Assembly: GCA_951406725.2 (NCBI GenBank)
Contig: OX597827.1
Coordinates: forward strand, 29,760,001-29,824,000
Origin: Octopus vulgaris
Taxonomy: Eukaryota
Direction: 5' to 3'
DNA: 64,000 nucleotides
Below, piece by piece: positions 1 to 12,715 of the stretch. Positions within the stretch are counted from its first letter, which is position 1. Each line of letters starts with the position of its first letter. The position numbers and the translations under genes were made by a program. The notes under the pieces are model-generated. The model made no database searches. It was given only the letters and a program-made list of their open reading frames with translations, and had not been told where the DNA came from.

Positions 1-61
1 AAATTTCAGGGCTTGTGCCCTATAGTACGAATGATTATTGATGGTAAATTACGGCTTACTC

Positions 62-390
62 AAAGTAGCCGCCCTCAGCTTACACCACGGCCTCAAGATG
101 AACCCGGTGTATGGTGCATGTGAATCTCATTGTGTCTAAGAAGATCTTCAAACACTTTCCTAATCTTGGCTTCCACTTCGGCCTTTATGTTTAGGCAGAG
201 CGGTTGTTGAGTCTTTCTCAACCATGATCCATGCATAGTAATCCGTGAGATTACAATCAGGGGCATTAGGAAGCCAGAAAATGGGGCTGGTGAAATTGTA
301 TAAATTTTCCAGTGACCACTTCTGATTCTTATCGGACGTATGACAAGGAGCCGAATCCTACTGCCACACATACGGCCTTCCAGCAGCGGA
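62..390 (-). pseudogene. Degraded Tc1/mariner-superfamily transposase fragment (DD37D/maT-like C-terminal half)
   Basis: Minus strand reads AAGRPYVWQ*DSAPCHTS...FWLPNAPDCNLTDYYAW, matching the QQDSAPxH and WPPNSPDxNPxD motifs; a sister copy lies at 41160-41510. Confidence 0.7.
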
Positions 391-394
391 AGGT

Positions 395-883
395 GGAATT
401 TGAACTCAGAACGTAACGTCAGACGAAATATCGGTAAGAATTTCACCCGACGTGCTAACGTTTCTTATTTCTTTATAGCCCACAAGAGGCTAAACATAGA
501 GGGGACAAACAAAGACAGACAAACAGATTAAGTCGATTACATCGACCCCAGTGCGTTACTGGTACTTAATTTATCGACCCCGAAAGGATGAAAGACAAAG
601 TCGACATCGGCGGTATTTGAACTCAGAACGTAAAGGCAGACGAAATACCTATTTCTTTACTACCCACAAGGGGCTAAACACAGGTGGAACAAACAAGGAC
701 AGACAAACGAATTAAGTCGATTATATCGACCCCAGTGCGTTACTGGTACTTATTTAATCTACCCCGAAAGGATGAAAGCCAAAGTCGACCTCGGCGGAAT
801 TTGAACTCAGAGCATAACGACAGATGAAATACCGCTAAGAACTTCGCTCGACGCGCTAACTTATCTGCCAGCTCACCACCTTA
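395..883 (-). mobile_element. Tandem array of three tRNA-derived SINE units (family A)
   Basis: Repeated B box GAGTTCAAATTCC and core GTCGACTTTGCCTTTCATCCTTTCGGGGTCGATAAATTAAGTACCAG on the minus strand; more than 10 other copies in the window. Confidence 0.85.
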
Positions 884-2317
884 TGAATATAAAGAATATT
901 GTGGGTAAACAAATCGTCACAAATTACAAAAAGTTTCTAAAACACAGAGAAAAGCAAAAAAGAATATCATGTAATAATTAACTGTAAATTGTTGACAACA
1001 TACTTCTTTAATATGGATGTCTAAATATACCTATATGTATGTGTATAAGTACATCTTTATACAGCTGTGTGTATGAATATATGTGCATGTATCTATGTAT
1101 ATAGGTTAATAAGTAGAGCGAGAGAGGGGGGAGAGAGGTTATATTCTCAAAGGTTGTTTATTATACCCCTTGAATGTCAAGCCCAACCCTGACCAAAATC
1201 AGTGTTTACTTATCAAGCTTATCAAGCCATGGACACATAATGGTTCACTTGTCGTCAATGCATTTACCTTAATAGTCATTACTCGAGGTGTTGTGTTACA
1301 AGAAAGTAATGATTAGTTGATTGTACCTGCTGTCAGTTTTTCACACTTTAATTGTAAATCACGAAATGTTCTGAAGGAATTCCACATTTCTTTTCTTAAA
1401 TTGGGTTAGTAGAAGACGATAGACCTCTAAGATGACCTATAAGTGTATGCAACATTAATCTTTATTAATCACTGAAGGTATTGAATATGATTTTAATCAC
1501 TTCACTACTGCAGAATGTTGTTTTATATATGACATAAAGCTGGTGTTCAACTGTGGTTTTATAGCGTTAAGCAAATGAGAATTAAATGTTACTCTGAATA
1601 AGATAGACAACTGTCCTTCTCCGGTTACATTCCCTAATTGTCTGGTAAGTGTCATTAGACGCTTATCTGATCTCACATACGGAGATTTAATGAACAAGAT
1701 ATGACTTTGCTGTAGGCTTGAACTCAAAGCTTTTGAGCTGATCGTCCAATATCATACCGACTCGCCTATCTCGCTTCTGAAAAATCAGCTTGAACCTCTC
1801 ATTACATTTATTTCCTATCTTTTACTGTTACAGAAATAATTAACTAATACCAAAACGAACCAATGAGGCAGTCTCTATACGGTTCCTTGTCCTGCTAGGA
1901 ATGGCAACCAAACCTTCAAAGCGATCCCCCACCAAACAAAACAAAAAAAAAATACACCCTACTGTCTTAAAAGAACATATTGGCAGGTATAGCTGAATAA
2001 TTACAACTCCTGAAAATCTACTATATGGTCACGACTGGAATGTGTTTGATTACGGATCTATTCAGTCAGATTTGATCTAGGATTAAACAACAACATCGAT
2101 GATGAAAAGGCCAATGTTAAACTTTCCTATAACGATTTGTAATAATGCTGATCGAACAAGAAAAGTAAGGCTCTACGTGATTGTTCGGTCTGCTAAAAAT
2201 AGCAGCTATATTCCCCTCAAATTACACTGTCGTCTTAAATAAACAAAGACACATTGAATAATACATTCCAGTATTTCTCGACCGTTTATACCCAACGTAT
2301 ATCTAAAATATTTTGAT

Positions 2318-2451
2318 ACTGTGTGGTAAGTAGCTTACTTACCAACCACATGGTTCTGGGTTCACTCCCACTGCGTGGCACCTTGGGCAAGTGTCTTCTA
2401 CTTCTCGGGTCGACCAAAGCCTTATGAGTGGATTTGGTAGACGGAGCCCGT

Positions 2452-2536
<85 letters not shown>

Positions 2537-2763
2537 GTATATATGTGTGTGTGTGTGTGTGTATACGTTTGTGTGTCTGTGTTTGTGCCCATCCAACATC
2601 GTTTGACAACCGATGCTGGTGTGTTTACGTCCCTGTAACTTAGCGGTTCGGCAAGAGGTTCCGATAGAATAAGTACTAGGCTTACAAAGAATAAGTCCTG
2701 GGGTCGATTTGCTCAACTAAAGGCGGTGCTCCAGCATGGCCGCAGTCAAATGACTGAAACAAA
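2318..2763 (+). mobile_element. tRNA-derived SINE (family B) with internal (TA)n/(TG)n tract and LINE-like tail
   Basis: A box TGGTAAGTAG, B box GGTTCACTCCC, CORE-like CCTTGGGCAAGTG, internal microsatellite, tail GGCGGTGCTCCAGCATGGCCGCAGTCAAATGACTGAAAC; other copies near 23830, 37000, 40183, 44178 and 54243. Confidence 0.85.
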
Positions 2764-2859
2764 CAGAAAAATACTAATTACAGTCCCTGAGTTTGTATAA
2801 TTAATTAAAGATGGTGCTTGTGATTAAACTTAATATAAATATGTAATTACTCGCCACCA

Positions 2860-3070
2860 GGTGGCGAAATGGTAGAATTGTTAGCAGGCCGAGCAAAATC
2901 CTTAGCAGCATTTTGTCCGTCTTAACACTCTAAGTTCAAATGCCGCTGAGATTGATTTTGTCTTTCATCCATTCGGGGTCGATAAAATAAATACTATTTG
3001 ATCACTGGGATCGATAAAATCTATGGATCCTCTCCCCTGGCTCTGTGCCAAAATTTTAAATCATTATTGT
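2860..3070 (+). mobile_element. SINE family A, diverged copy
   Basis: GGTGGCGAAATGGTAGAATTGTTAGC head, AAGTTCAAATGCC B box, CTTTCATCCATTCGGGGTCGATAAAAT core. Confidence 0.75.
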
Positions 3071-3216
3071 TTACTGCCATCTTGATGGTTCTTAACGCAT
3101 CCTTTACGAGCTAATGCAGAGCGCAATTTGAACCAATTGGTGTAGGTCAGTGTTGGAACTATCATTGATCTAATTGTTCACGGCTGTCCTGGAATCAAAC
3201 AACAACTACTACTACT

Positions 3217-3742
3217 ATGCATCAATGCAACGATTGAGCTACTGGGACAGGTTGAAAGATCTGCGACTCTATTCCCTGGAACGAAGGCGGGAGAGGTATG
3301 CAGATATATATATATATATATATATATTGAGATACTGGAAGGACTGGTACCAAACTTTGGAATAAAGAGCTATACCAGACCACGAACAAGACGTCACTGT
3401 GCTGTCCCCACTGTGCCGACTGCATCATCTCGGGCAAGGACGATGTACTGCAATAGCTTGGGTTTCAAGGGCCCATAGCTGTTTAACTATCTGCCGAAGG
3501 ATCTGAGGAGCCTCCATGGAGTGGATGTAGACGTTTTCAAACGTGAACTTGACCTCTAGCTCGCCGAGATCCCGGATGAACCAATATCTAAGCAGGAAAC
3601 TCAAAAGAGGGCAGTAGCATCAAACTCCATCCTTCACCAAAAGCCTCTCCGACAAAGGTGGAAAGTGGAAAGTATATTACAATGACGGTGCTCTAGCATG
3701 GCCACAGTCTTTGGACTGAAACATATAAAAGAATAAAAGAAT
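3217..3742 (+). mobile_element. 3' fragment of a CR1-group LINE (ORF2 C-terminus plus 3' UTR)
   Basis: LSYWDRLKDLRLYSLERRRERY...ILEGLVPN is homologous to the end of the LINE at 22560-22680; ends in the shared tail and (ATAAAAGA)2. Confidence 0.8.
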
Positions 3743-3789
3743 ACTACTATTACAGCGACGATACGACACCGACTAAAACTACAACAATG

Positions 3790-4027
3790 TCTTATTTCTT
3801 TATTGCCCACAAGGGGCTAAACATTAGAGGGGACAAACAAGGACAGACAAAGGGATTAAGTCGATAATATCGACTCCAGTGCGTAACTGGTACTTAATTT
3901 GTCGACTCCGAAAGGATGAAAGGCAAAGTCGACCTCCGTGGATATTGAACTCAGAGCGTAACGGCAGACGAAATACTGCTAAACATTTCGCCTGGCGTGC
4001 TAACGATTCTGCCAGCTCGCCGCCTTA
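3790..4027 (-). mobile_element. SINE family A, full-length copy
   Basis: Minus strand runs from AAGGCGGCGAGCTGGCAGAATCGTTAGC through the B box and core to the TAAAGAAATAAG tail. Confidence 0.85.
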
Positions 4028-4218
4028 AACTACAACATTGTCGACAGAAAAGTTAGTTGGATCCACATCTCGAAGCCAGTAAACTTAAATTATTTGTCAG
4101 CAATCAACCATCTTAAACATTTAGATGTATCATAAAAGTATTTGATTATTTCTCTATTATTTACATTATTTACCTTATTTATATTTGATGGATATTTGTC
4201 TTCATCATGTTCGTTGTT

Positions 4219-4264
4219 AACACAACGTTTCGGCTGATATACCTTCCAGCCTTCATCAGGTGTC
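4219..4264 (-). ncRNA. Minimal type I hammerhead ribozyme (canonical core)
   Basis: GACAC CUGAUGA A GGCUG-loop-CAGCC GAAA CG UU GUGUU: stem I GACAC/GUGUU, stem II GGCUG/CAGCC, palindromic AACGUU stem III. Confidence 0.8.
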
Positions 4265-4470
4265 TTGGGGAAATTTCGAACCTGGGTTCTCATTCCTAAG
4301 GTATTTTTTGATGTTATTATTATTATTATTATTATTATTATCATTATTATTATTATTAATATTCAGGTCACTGCTTGGAATCGAACTCAGAATCTTGGGA
4401 TTAGTAGCCCGCGCTCTTAACCACTACGCAGTTCGATTCCAGGCAGTACCTGAATAATAATAATATTATT

Positions 4471-4552
<82 letters not shown>

Positions 4553-4555
<3 letters not shown>

Positions 4556-4678
4556 TCCAAACACTTTCCATACAATAAACATCAGAGCATCACAACAAAT
4601 CACAGCACATACCCAAGGCACACAGAGCTGCGCTCGGTAGTGAAGTGAAAGCACGCTATAAAAATAAAACTATTGAAT
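4553..4678 (+). mobile_element. Extreme 3' end of an R4/Dong retrotransposon inserted in (TAA)n
   Basis: Matches the ORF end and 3' UTR at 48060-48175 and 58554-58675; (TAA)n on both sides. Confidence 0.85.
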
Positions 4679-4741
4679 AATAATAATAATAATATCGAAA
4701 AATACCTTAGGAATGAGAACCCAGGTTCGAAATTTCGCCAA

Positions 4742-4787
4742 GACACCTGACGAAGGCTGGTGGGTGTATCAGCCGAAACGTTGTGTT
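4742..4787 (+). ncRNA. Minimal type I hammerhead ribozyme (CUGACGA core)
   Basis: GACAC CUGACGA A GGCUG-loop-CAGCC GAAA CG UU GUGUU. Confidence 0.8.
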
Positions 4788-6131
4788 AACAACAAACAAG
4801 ATGAGGACAAATATCCGTCATATGTAAATAATGTAAATAATTCCTCATCTCTTGAATATAGAACTGTATTCCTCCATTACATTCAACTGATTTTGTTATA
4901 CCACCCCTTCGTTCATTTTCCACTTTGTTCATTTTCCACTTATGGTTTGTTTGTTTTTATCCCACAGTAACCGTTAATTCTGTCTCCCAGTCTAACGTTT
5001 ATTTCGTGGGATAAAAACCTCATTTTATTAAAAATGTATTTTTACAGGAAGAAAAAGAAACATTAACTGTATAAAAGTGCAAATTATTCAGGAAGGAAAA
5101 AAATCCCGTAACTAACTCACCAAGGAAACAAGGAATTATTTTAAAAAGGGAGAGAATTAAGCAACAGAAGAGAGGGTACTAGGATCAGCCTTGATTAAAC
5201 AGGCCACTGTTAAAAAAGACGCTCCTATCGTGACGCTCCGATCCTTTTCATTGACATACTGCATCCAAGATTGCATTATCCAGTGTCACATCCATCCTAT
5301 GATTTGAAGAAGATTTTGCTATTATTTCTAGCGGGTCGAGACACCTCGTAAACGCAACCCTCACTGGTCCGAACGTAATTAATTTAGACAAATGCTCGTG
5401 TTTGTTTTGCTGGCAACAGCGTAACAAAAATATGAAGATCAGAAACCAAAAGTAAAAACGAACGCATACAGAAAACGTTTTACAATTACTAACAATCGAA
5501 TGAATAGTTGACCTTTATTAACCTTCTTTACAACAAGAATCTTAACGAGAATTTAACAAATAAACACATAATGCATTTAGGGAATTATCCCAACTTTGAC
5601 AAGTGATGAATTTCTCTTGAGATGTTGACAGATGAACTTTCACATTCTTATCTACGACCTGAATCGTCGTTACTTTTGTTATTGTATCATGTGTCGTCCT
5701 TTGTCTTATCTGTGTTCGTTTCCCAGGGGAAAGCTTGACGACATCAAACTTTATTTACGAAAATATTTCTGGCTGGGTTAGTTAAAGAGATAGAAATTAA
5801 GGAAATGAATCTAATTATAGACGTTATCTACGTTAAAGGGCTCCACCTACGTTTCTATAAATGATAGAAAACCACTTACAATTAGTAAATATTTATACAG
5901 AATCTATGAAAACAGCCAACTGCAAGCTCAGTCACATTAAATACATTTGCACATGCATGTTTCTAGATTGTTATTGCTGTGTGGAAGTAGAACACCCCTA
6001 TTGGTTGGCTCCTAATGGACTGTGCCACAATATTAATGAACATACGCAGAGAACCTTCAGGAGAGTAAAGCCGAGAGTTGTGTATTGTCGAGAGTTATTG
6101 CCATTATCTTGAGTAGAACGATTTGCAAAGA

Positions 6132-6170
<39 letters not shown>

Positions 6171-9100
6171 TTTTTTTTTTCTTCTTTCAAATTTTCTTCC
6201 ATTTCTTGCCGAGTGTCTTCCCGACTCCTAGGGCAAAGAAACTCATAGTGTATATTGGTAGGACATTAAACCAAACTCAGTAGTTCGTTCATTTTTTTTT
6301 TTTTTTTTTTTTTTTAAGTTAAATTAAAATACATGAGCAGCAACAGTTCTCACATCGACAATGCTCTTCTCAATACGTGTGATGTACCAGTTAAGACAAT
6401 CTTTTGCACTTCTTGCAGGGATGGTAAGCCAGGGATCATTCTCATATAATTTTCGGTTCCCTTCTTGATCATTCCTAGTGCTCCTACGATCACTGGTATT
6501 GTAACCGCCTTGAGATGCCACATTTTCTCAATTTCAATGAGTAGGTCTTTATATTTTCTGAGCTTGTCAAACTCTTTCGCTGAGATATTATGATCACAGG
6601 GGATGCTCATGTCGATCAATAAGCAAACTTTATTGTTTTGGTCTTTCACAACAATATCTGGTTTATTGGCCTTGATGGTTCGGTCTGTATGTACTGGAAA
6701 GTCCCACAGAATGGTTACATTTTCTCCTTCAGTTACAGCCTCAGGGTGGTGATTATACCACTTGTCGGCAGTTTTGATATTGTAATGCCGACTTAGCCAG
6801 TGGAGATATTGGCCAACTCTGTCATGTCTTAATTTATACTCCACTGATGCTAAAACTTTACATCCAGAGATTAGGTGGTCCACTGTTTCAATCATGTCGT
6901 TGCAGAATCGGCATTTTGGGTCTGCTCCATTTTTCATCACATTGGCCTGGTAGTTCCGGGTTAATAGGCTTTGGTCTTGAGCAGCCAGGATGAAACCTTC
7001 GCTCTCTGCTTTTAGCCCTGAGCTCCGCAGCCACTGATGGGTTTGCTTCTGGTCAACATCAGCTTGTTTGCTGCGGGTCACATATTTGCCGTGCAGAGGT
7101 TTCTCCTCCCACCTATCAGCCAATTGCTCGTGCGCCTTTTTCATTGCCATCATTTTCACCTTCTTTGCAACAATAGTTGCCGTACTTCCCTCGGGTTGTT
7201 CAGTTTGGGTATCCTGCACGAGATCAATAGCAAATTTTTTGCTTTCCTTGATGATAGAATGAAGCTTCTTTCGTCTCTCGTGATTTTCCACGAGCTTTAG
7301 CATCCAGTCATTCGATATTTCGAGATATTTGGCCAGTCCAATTGTGGTTGTTTTGTAAGCTAGTTCAAATTGGATCAGGCCTCGACCTCCTTGGGCTCTG
7401 GGAAGGTAAAGGCGATCTACGTCTGCCTTTGGGTGGTGCATCCTATTACAACTCAGCAGCTTGCGTATTTTTCTATCTATATTCTTTACTTCACTCATAT
7501 TCCAGTTCAACACATTGTAGCTATAAGTAACAACTGGAACTGCTAAGGAATTTATAGCTAACACCTTGTTACGTGCATTTAGTTCAGATTTCAGGACTGC
7601 ACGAACTCTCCTATAACATTCCTTCCTGATTTTCTCTTTCATGCTTGCATGCTGAATACCAGAGCCTTCATTTATCCCTAAATATTTGTATGTCTGTTCT
7701 TGCTCAAGCTCTCTTATGACTGTGTCAACATCTAACACGACTGAATTTGTGGTCTTCACTTTCCCTTTCTGGAAAGTGGCCTTGGCACACTTCTCAAGTC
7801 CAAACTCCATCCCGATGTCATCGCTGAATGCTTTCACGGTGCGCAATAGGCCTTCAAGTTCATTATTGTCTTTACCATAAAGTTTTAAGTCATCCATATA
7901 AAATAGATGGCTTATTTTTTTATTGGCAATTTTATACCCATACCCTGTTCTGTTTAATTCACTTGTAAGGGGTATTAGGGCTATGCAGAATATTAAAGGT
8001 GAAAGTGAGTCACCTTGAAAAATTCCACAGTTGATGTTTATATTTTCTGAGGCAAGTACTCCATTAGAGTGGTATAATTGGAGATTCGTATTCCACAACG
8101 ACATGTGCTTCAGGAAGTTTGAAATCACAGGGGAAATTTTAAAGATGTCCAGCGATCTCAAGATCCATGGATGCGGTATACTGTCGAAGGCCTTTTTATA
8201 GTCAATCCATGCGGTGCTGAGATTTCTGCGCTTGTTGTGACAGTTCTCAAGGATCATACGATTGATTAGCAGTTGATCTTTGCATCCGTAAGAGCCTCGG
8301 CGGCACCCTTTTTGTTCAATGGGGAAAATATCGTTCTTCTCCATGAATGCATATGTTTTCTCCGCCAGGATAGATGTTAGGATTTTATACGTGGTGGATA
8401 GACAGGTTATAGGCCGATAGTTTTTTGGAAGGTTGGTTTCGTTATTCTTTGGGAGTAGGTAAGTAATGCCACTTGCTAACCATTCAGGTGTTTTCTTTGG
8501 GTCTCTCAAAATTCCATTGAGCAGCTGAACTAGCTTACCGTGTGCGCACGGGAGCGATGCGAGCCAGAAATTCGGCACCCTATCTTTACCGGGGGATTTC
8601 CAATTATGGGCCTTCGTGAGTGCCTTTCTTAGGTCTGCTATTGTGATGTCTTCCCATGCTTGTTGTTGTAAATTTTGGTAGGATCCTTCAGTTTGTATAA
8701 TCCAGTCTGCATTTATGTTGTACGTCTTCTTGTCACTCCAAATCCTTTCCCAAAAGTTTTGAACTTCTTCCATGGGAGGGGGTCTTTAACGGTTACTTTC
8801 TCCTTCCCTATTTCTCTGTAGAATTTTTTGGCATTGGATGTGAACAGCTTATTTTGCTTGTAAAACTTGTTTCTCTTCTCAAATCTTCATATTCTTTGGG
8901 CTTTTGCTTGGACTTTTTGTTTCAGCGTTTCTTTTATTGATATCAGTTCTTCTCTTGGTGAGGATCCAAATTTTCTCTTCATCTTTCTTCCTGTTCTGGA
9001 TCTTACATCATTTCCACATATTAGTTCATTTAATATTGATATTTCCCCTCTCATAAATTCAATCTCTTTTTCAATTTTACTTCTCCAGGTTTGATTTCTT

Positions 9101-10090
9101 CCCAGGTTTTGTTTTCTTTGTTTTTTCGGGGGAATACAGCTGGTTTCAATTGCCCTAGCAGAAGCGTAAATAATTTCATTTAACTCAGTAAAATCAGGTT
9201 TTAATTCTCGTATTATTTCATTTGTTACATAGTTGCCAATTTGGATTTGTTTTTTATTTTGGTTTGTATTTGAGAGTTTATGAAGCGGTTCTCTATCATT
9301 CATACTTGTATGTCTTACAACTTCAAGCGTATTCAGGATTTTCTGCCTCATTTCTGCCATAGACTCTCTGTGTTCTTCAGCAAATGCGAGATCTTCAGTT
9401 ACTGTTGTTTTTTCGTTTTCCTGGCTATCTTTAACAGGTACAATAGAATTTCTTGTATCTTCAGGCCTTTGCGTACTTTGGTCAGATGGCAGTCTTTCAA
9501 TTAAGCCTCGTGGCGGGCTATACTGTTCATCTGATTCTTCATTTCCTTTGTGTCTTATATTTATGTCATTTTCCGTTGCGTGCTTGATCGCACTTATTTC
9601 ACTGTCTGTGAGTCTGTTATTTCTAAAGATATCCCTCCTCACATTTGCTAATTTGTTCTCGTCCAAATAGGGCCTACTGTCTTGATTCCGTGTTCTCCAT
9701 ATACTGTAAGAGTTTGCGGTGTGTCTCTCTTGAGATGGCCTACCTAATGCATAGTAATAAGCGTATATTACTTCTTTATACTCTTCTCGGGTCCATTTGT
9801 TCCGCTTACATTTTTCTTTCTGTGGTGGTTGTGGTGGTGAACTTGGAGGGCTCGAGTTGGGGGATTTCCCGTTCAAGTGACCGTCCATGTCCGTATTCGG
9901 AGAAGAGTTTGTGCCAGTTGATGACTTTTCGATCCCAGGCTGGCTCTTCCCTGGGGGACGCGCTTCCAGATTAACCATAGGACAAGCGATTTGGTATACT
10001 GATTTAGTTTTCCTTTTAGTTTCCAAAAACATTTTGGTGCTACGATAATGTTATCATTTTTTAGCTTTGATTGGCTCGTGGGGAGACGGC
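6171..10090 (-). mobile_element. Near full-length R4/Dong-clade non-LTR retrotransposon
   Basis: Single long disrupted ORF with RT and a C-terminal CCHC knuckle plus restriction-like endonuclease; the 3' end abuts (TAA)n at 6133-6169. The 5' boundary is uncertain and may extend to about 10440. Confidence 0.9.
6350..10032 (-). pseudogene. R4/Dong polyprotein (RT plus RLE endonuclease) with one nonsense codon and one frameshift
   Basis: Motifs NYRPITCL, WIDYKKAFDSI, QGDSLSP, YMDD, CRFC..ETVDHLISGC, RHD, KPDIVV..LIDMSIP..K..KY. ORFs 8887-10032 and 6350-8773 join via a TGA at 8887-8889 and a 1-nt loss in the C-run near 8775-8783. Confidence 0.9.
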
Positions 10091-10570
10091 CATCATTGCC
10101 GTTACAATTATAATCGTACCATTATAGCAGCCGTAGTCGGCTTATTATTGTTATTATCTTCACCATTACCATCACTATCATCATTATCACCACCATTACC
10201 ATCATCATCATCATCATCACCATCACCATCACCACCATCATCATCAATGATATTGTCTTATGTGTAGTCACAGCAGTATCTTATTATTGTTATTTTTGTT
10301 TTTTTATCATTATCACCATCACAGTAGTGTCTGTCTGTCTCGTTGGCTGGCTTGGTGGTTGGCTGGCTGACTGTCTTCAATGCCAGAGTTCTTGCCTGTC
10401 AAATAATACTTTCATATTTGGTTAACAATAGAGCCGAGGTGAGGTTTGTGTGTGTGTGTGTGTAGATAGATAGATAGAATATCAGCACTATTACTATCTT
10501 TTTTTTTTTTTTTGGGTGGGGTCAAAAAAAGTTCAGATGTTTACTAATATTAGCCTTAAGAAAAATTAAG

Positions 10571-11497
10571 GAAGGGGTGTCCTGTATTGTTTGTGAATAG
10601 AGAAGTTGTGTTCGACCAGAGAGAATCTTAGCATCATCATTTTTTTTCCATGTGCGTTTGTGTTATTGCAATAAAAAGTGTTTGTATATTTCGTGTAAGG
10701 TAATATTGTGGAGGTTGAAGTTGACTTTTCTAGAGATGTTTGTATGTCCAGTTAGAAGAACAGGTGTGTTTTTGCAATAAAAAGTATATGTTTACATTTA
10801 TATTTGAATATTCAGGGAGGAAGCAAAGAAAAGTCAGATTTTCATAGAAAGTTTTACGGTTTTGAAAGTCCACAAAAAGAAAAGCGTGATGTTTTTAGAG
10901 AGAAGAAAAAAAAAAAGGATGTTTACAGAGGCAATTGTGGGTATCAAAGTTTTTAAAGCTGGTCGAATGTATGATTGAAAACTGTAGATATGTAAATTTG
11001 TAAATTTTCTTAACTTATTTTGAAGGGCTGTTCTGTATTATTTGTGAATAGAGAAGCTGTGTTCGACCAGAGAGAATCTTAGCATCATTATTTTTTCCAT
11101 GTGCGTTTGTGTTATTGCAATAAAAAGTGTTTGTATATTTCGTGCAAGGTAATATTGTGGAGGTTGAAGTTGACCCCTCTAGAGATGTTTGTATGTCCAG
11201 TTAGAAGAACAGGTGTGTTTTTGCAATAAAAAGTAAATGTTTACATTTATATTTGAATATTCTGGGAGGAAGCAAAGAAAAGTCAGATATTCATAGAAAG
11301 TTTTAGGGTTTTGCAAGTCTACAAAAAGAAAAAAAAGAGAAAAGCGTGATGTTTTTAGAGAGAAGAAAAAAAAAAGAAAGAAAGAAAAAAGGGTGCTTAC
11401 AGAGGCAGTTGTGGGTATTAAAGTTTTTAAAGCCGATCGGATGTATGTTTGAAAGCTGTAGATACGTAAATTTGTAAATTTCTTAACCCACTTTGAA
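10571..11497. repeat. Direct tandem duplication, two copies of about 450-475 bp
   Basis: GAAGGG.TGT.CTGTATT.TTTGTGAATAGAGAAG begins at 10571 and again at 11022; the copies align along their length with scattered differences. Confidence 0.85.
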
Positions 11498-11610
11498 GAG
11501 AATTTCAAATACTCACGTGATATTGTAGATGTTCCAGTCTTTGAGAGTTATTTTTCCCCGTTGCTAAACTGGCCCATATTAGTGTTTCTATGGCTTTCGG
11601 CCACCGAACT

Positions 11611-11677
<67 letters not shown>

Positions 11678-11951
11678 CATCTTGTTATAGCGTACGTCGA
11701 ACGTGCGATACAACAGTTATAAAAAGAAATGGATATGCATTCAGCTATCAAGTCAGTGCATATGCATGTGTGAGTGTGTGTGTGTGTGTGCGTGTGTGTG
11801 TGTGCGTATCCGACGGGCTTCTTTCAGTTTTTACCTACCAAGTATGCGGGGGTTTATAGATTTATAGTAGATTCCCACCACAACTACAAAAGACTGACAT
11901 TGCACATGAATAAGAAATCGATGTAAATACAAGCGTAATTAATATATATAT

Positions 11952-12365
11952 GTTTCTTTATTGCCCACCGGAGGGGGGGGGGGGCTAAACATAGAGGGGA
12001 CAAACAAAGACAGACAAATAGATTAAGTCGATTACATCGACTCCAGTGCGTAACTGGTACTTATTTAATCGACCCCGAAAGGATGAAAGGCAAAGTCAAC
12101 ATCGGCGGAATTTGAACTCAGAACGTAGCGGCAGACGAAATACCTACTTCTTTATTACCCACTAGAGGGGACAAACAAGAACAGACATAGGTATTAAGTC
12201 GATTACATCGACCCCAGTGCATAACTGGTGCTTAATTTATCGACCTCGAAAGGATGAAAGGCAAAGTCGACCTCAGCGGAATTTGAACTCACAACGTAAC
12301 GACAGACGAAATGCCGCTAAGCATTTTGCCCGGCATGCTAATGATTCTGCCAGCTCGCCGCCTTA
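11952..12365 (-). mobile_element. SINE family A dimer
   Basis: Two consecutive units joined at GACGAAATACCTA, the same junction as near 645 and 33425. Confidence 0.85.
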
Positions 12366-12375
12366 ATATGTATAG

Positions 12376-12715
12376 CAGTGGTTCTTAACCGAGGTCCATA
12401 CGGTCCCTGGGGGTTCATATAAGATTTTGTAGGGTCCACACAACATAATAATAAATAATAAATCTACAATAGTATTCTAAGGGACCCTGAAAAGCTTTTG
12501 CTTTCAATGTATCTATTACTAGAAACAGTCAAGTTTCTTTCTCTGCTTTTTTACATAGATCAACCTATACAAGTTAAAGTGTGAATAACAAGATCATAAT
12601 TTTGACAGAAGTGTCTATAAGACTAGGTTTTAAATATCGAATGGCTATAGGGGGTCCCGCAAAATAAAATAGTAGCGAAAGAGGTCCGTAGATTAAAAAT
12701 GGTTAAGAACCCTTG
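12376..12715. mobile_element. hAT-type MITE
   Basis: TIRs CAGTGGTTCTTAACC and GGTTAAGAACCCTTG; 8-bp flanks ATGTATAG and ATATATAG (7/8 match) fit a hAT target-site duplication. Confidence 0.75.

Larger units (their letters stand above)
4155..4868. mobile_element. Fold-back pair of a tRNA-headed, hammerhead-containing non-autonomous element (minus copy 4155-4429, plus copy 4430-4868)
   Basis: The two arms are reverse complements. The minus copy has a tRNA-like head (4362-4429), then (TAA)n, then a body with a hammerhead. The plus copy starts at the B box, and its (TAA)n is interrupted by a Dong 3' end. Confidence 0.75.

Noticed and set aside
395-883. CRISPR-like repeat array
   Set aside because: The units are about 200-bp SINE copies with no unique spacers, in a eukaryotic context without cas genes.
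4362-4429. Functional tRNA gene
   Set aside because: The acceptor stem is incomplete and the sequence is embedded in a repeat; treated as a SINE-like head. Other A/B-box sequences are also SINE heads.
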